A stretch of DNA of 53,243 bases, the filler included, from Basidioascus undulatus (lineage: Eukaryota), in the NCBI GenBank assembly GCA_000826855.1. It is 3 parts of 3 records of this genome, joined end to end, with 100 filler letters (N's around TTAATTAATTAA, not from the genome) between each part and the next. Parts side by side here need not be neighbours in the genome. Positions count along the whole stretch, not along the records: positions 35,567 to 53,243 come from JTLS01000513.1; 2 more parts are not named here. One strand, 5' to 3'. Shown one piece after another: positions 50,276 through 53,243 of the stretch. Made by a program: the position numbers and the translations under genes. Below the pieces are notes generated by a model that worked only from the letters and a program-made list of their open reading frames with translations, was not told the origin of the DNA and searched no databases. How positions within the stretch are numbered: position 1 is the first letter of the stretch; every line of letters starts with the position of its first letter.

Positions 50276-52095
50276 TTCCTATATGGAGCACGCGCTCTTA
50301 CACTCCCATGACCACGAGCGCTGACTTCCTGCGGTCTGGTCCGAAGTCTAGTCTATGTTGTCCGGCACCCAGAATAATTTCGTCTACGTGGTATGTAGTG
50401 TGCATATGGAGATAGCGCGCTCTACTGGTGTTTCTAGGTATGGGTGCTGGGTGGGTGTGAGCCGTCGGGATTGGGGTGGTCGCAACCGGTGAGAACCGGA
50501 CGCGTTCGACCCGGGCTCTGGTCGTTCCGTGGCATCGATAAATCTTTCGCACCATGTTCGCTGCTTGCTTCGTAAAGCGCAGTGGGTCTTGCAAGGACAG
50601 ACGAATGGATCCGGTCAAAATCCGTAGCGAGAAGGATATGAGCCCCCCGTCGGTCGGAGGGGGATGAAGCTTGATGCCGCTTGCAGTGATTTTGAGCCCG
50701 TGCATGAGCTGTGAGCCATCCACCAAAGGTTCATGTCGACCTCGCCGCTCGAGCGTGCACTCAGTAGTGCACATACCTGTGCGGTGGCATTTTGAACGGG
50801 ACCCTCAGGGACCACGCGGTACACGCCGGTCTGCTCCCGGTGAGCTTTTAATGAGCTGCCTGGGGATGCCTCCGTCGCGATCGCGGGTGGGTTCGAGAGC
50901 GGTCGTTGAACTGTAAAGGCTTGTCAATGCTTGCACATCGTTCCCCTAGCACAACTTGCGGCTATTTACTTGCTACTTTTACTTGCAGATTTGCAGTCCA
51001 AGGAGTGTTGAGCAACGCCACACGCATGCGCTCCGCGGGGTCGCCGTTCGTTGTTTCGCCGTTTGTGGCTTGGCCGCCGGCACTGTTGAAAGCTGACTCC
51101 CGCGGCCTTTCTGCGTGTCGAGAAACAGAGTTGGCTTTAGGTGGCCGTTGCGATCTGCAAGGATCCACGACAAAAAGCAGTTTACAATTTTAGTTTACAA
51201 GTGATCGTCGAGATCGTCGTCCTCGTCGACTTCGTAAGCATGCGGACTAGCGTAAGAATGGGATAATTCAGGATCGACAAGTCACAAGGGTCGGTGTCAG
51301 ATCCCGGAAGTTGGCGCTTGTCCCGTTCATACTGTGAAGAAGACTACGGAAGGCCAGACTAGGCACGACAGGCCAAGTTATGTGAATCTGTACGCTGCTG
51401 GCCTCGACCACAGTTCGTCAACGATGAAAGGGCCTTGATGGCTGTTATCGCGGCGGCAGGGCGCGGGATGGAGTGGGGTGAATGCGAACGTGGCTTTGAG
51501 GCTGGCACAAAGAACTTCAACGGCCGTGTACGCAACGGAGTCGTTAATGAGGCCCTGATCCAACATCTAATGCAGTTAATGAAAACGTAGGGACGTGCAT
51601 CGTAGGCAATAGTTGCGTAGGGTTTGAAAGCACTGCTTGATACAGACGGACCGGCCACTGCGGTAAATCTGCCAAACCTATGATGCGTAATATGGTGCTC
51701 CACCACGGAAAGGAGACAGGAGACAGCACCTCACTGACTAATTATTCAATCAACCAACTTACAGTCCTGTATCGGACGCGTTTGGCATTCTCGCTGTTAT
51801 GTTCTTTGCCTCCGCACCGCAGCGACGCCCGAGAGCCCGGCCCGGGCTCGCACAAGTCGCTGATCTTGCTCCGTGCCAGACCTTTCTCTTGCCTCCGTCC
51901 CCCTCGCCCGCGCCGTGCTCACGCTTGTGCCTTTATTATCATCATTCCCCATCGCACACCGCTCTACAGCGCTCCCAGCTTCGCCGCTGCTACCGACGGG
52001 GCTCTGATCGCCATCGACGACGCGCCGGACTAATAGCAAGCTTCTATCTCGGGCCGGTCCTTGCCGCCCTTGCGCTCGCCGCTTCCTCGCTTGTC

Positions 52096-53243
52096 ATGTC
52101 CGCCGCTGCCACCACCGCCGGTGCATTCTCGCCTCAACACCTTCATCCTCCGACGCGATCCGCACACCCGATCCCTCAGCCGCCCAGGTCCCCGTCTTCC
52201 GAAAGGGAGTCCGACCTCGATCGCCCCGCGAAGCGTAAACGCGTCGAGTGCAGCGCTCCCGAGCCTCGCTCAGCTCCGCGTCCTCCTCAGTCAAGCCCGA
52301 CCTCATCTGCATCCGGTCCCGCTTTCGCGTTGGCGCCCGACATGCCTTTCTCTGCTGCCGCATCCTCCTATTCCTCTCACGACGCGCATCCCTCGACCGC
52401 GCAGATGCTGCCACCAGCTGTTCTCAACACGATAGCCTACTGGGCGGCCGATCCGGGAGACGCTGGTTCACCCGTGGCCGTGGGGAGGATGGCGCTCGTG
52501 TGCAGGAGATGGAGCGAGGTGGTCGGGAGCGACGAGTGTCTTGCTCTGGTCTGTGAGGCCAAGTTTGACCTGAGCGCGCCTAGAAGGAGATTTGGCGACA
52601 AGGTGCGCAGTAGTCTCCCGAAGTCAGTGATGAAGCGGGCGCCATTCTCACAGCTCTTTTCACCGACACCTCAGGCGCGTGATCCGATGGTGCTCGGGGA
52701 GGTTCTCCGTCGGCGGTTCAGAGGGCTCAAGCTCGTCCGCCGAGCCTCGTATCTACCGGATATCCACGCTTCAGGTCCTCTGCCTGACAAGCAAGAAGCG
52801 GCGTGGGATCTCCTCTGGCTCTTGCTCGAGAATGGTGCTTCGTCAAGCATGATCCTTATCAGAGAATTACTGAACGTTCTTCATGGTGTTACAGACGGGA
52901 TCAACATCAAGCAATGCACGCACTACCGTCTTCGCGAGTTCCTCCGTGCCGTGCACTCGCAGATTTTCCTCCGCGACGCCATCAAGCCCGGCTTTCCGCC
53001 AGAGACTACGACGCGCAGCATCCTCATCTGGGTCTCGTGGCTCGCATTCAGCAGCGTCGACTTTGCGGACGAGACCGAAGCGGACGTGGAAGAGGCTATG
53101 TTTGTCCTTCGTCCATACGTGTTCGCAGCGCACAAGGCAAGTGTCTGCTTGACAATCTCTGTTGCAAAACGCCGCTGACCTTTTTTTGGCCGAAGGACAG
53201 TTCGAAGCCTTCTTTGCGCCCTTCAACATCCGCACCCTTCCGA
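52096..53243 (+). CDS. F-box-like domain protein, runs off the right edge
   Basis: Low-complexity N-terminus, then MLPPAVLNTIAYWAA...GRMALVCRRWSEVV...FDLSAPRRRFG; LLLEN/DGINIKQ; FVLRPYVFAAHK; short GT-AG introns, apparently intact. Confidence 0.7.

Overview
GC-rich, intron-dense fungal genomic DNA (basidiomycete; Pucciniomycotina-like by gene style, an inference). The window is three contigs joined by artificial 100-nt linkers (44N-TTAATTAATTAA-44N) at 17689-17788 and 35467-35566. Recognisable genes: KTI12 (5' end), a PDR-type ABCG transporter, VPS9, a Pho85-type cyclin, a WW/FF (TCERG1/Urn1-like) factor, RPP40, a USP8-dimer-like N-terminus, UPF2/NMD2, a GSKIP-like protein, CSM3/Swi3 and an F-box-like gene at the right edge. 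Between them lie about seven mostly disabled F-box-like genes, a frameshifted subtilisin pseudogene, a probable solo LTR and a palindrome cluster. The two most notable observations are (1) an in-frame spliced chimera of the tubulin cofactor B ubiquitin-like domain with the Vps23/TSG101 C-terminal core (real fusion or misassembly), and (2) an intron-hosted box C/D snoRNA (snR56/SNORD25-like) with two 18S-complementary elements in an apparently non-coding spliced host. All calls come from manual reading and recalled motifs; no searches were run.
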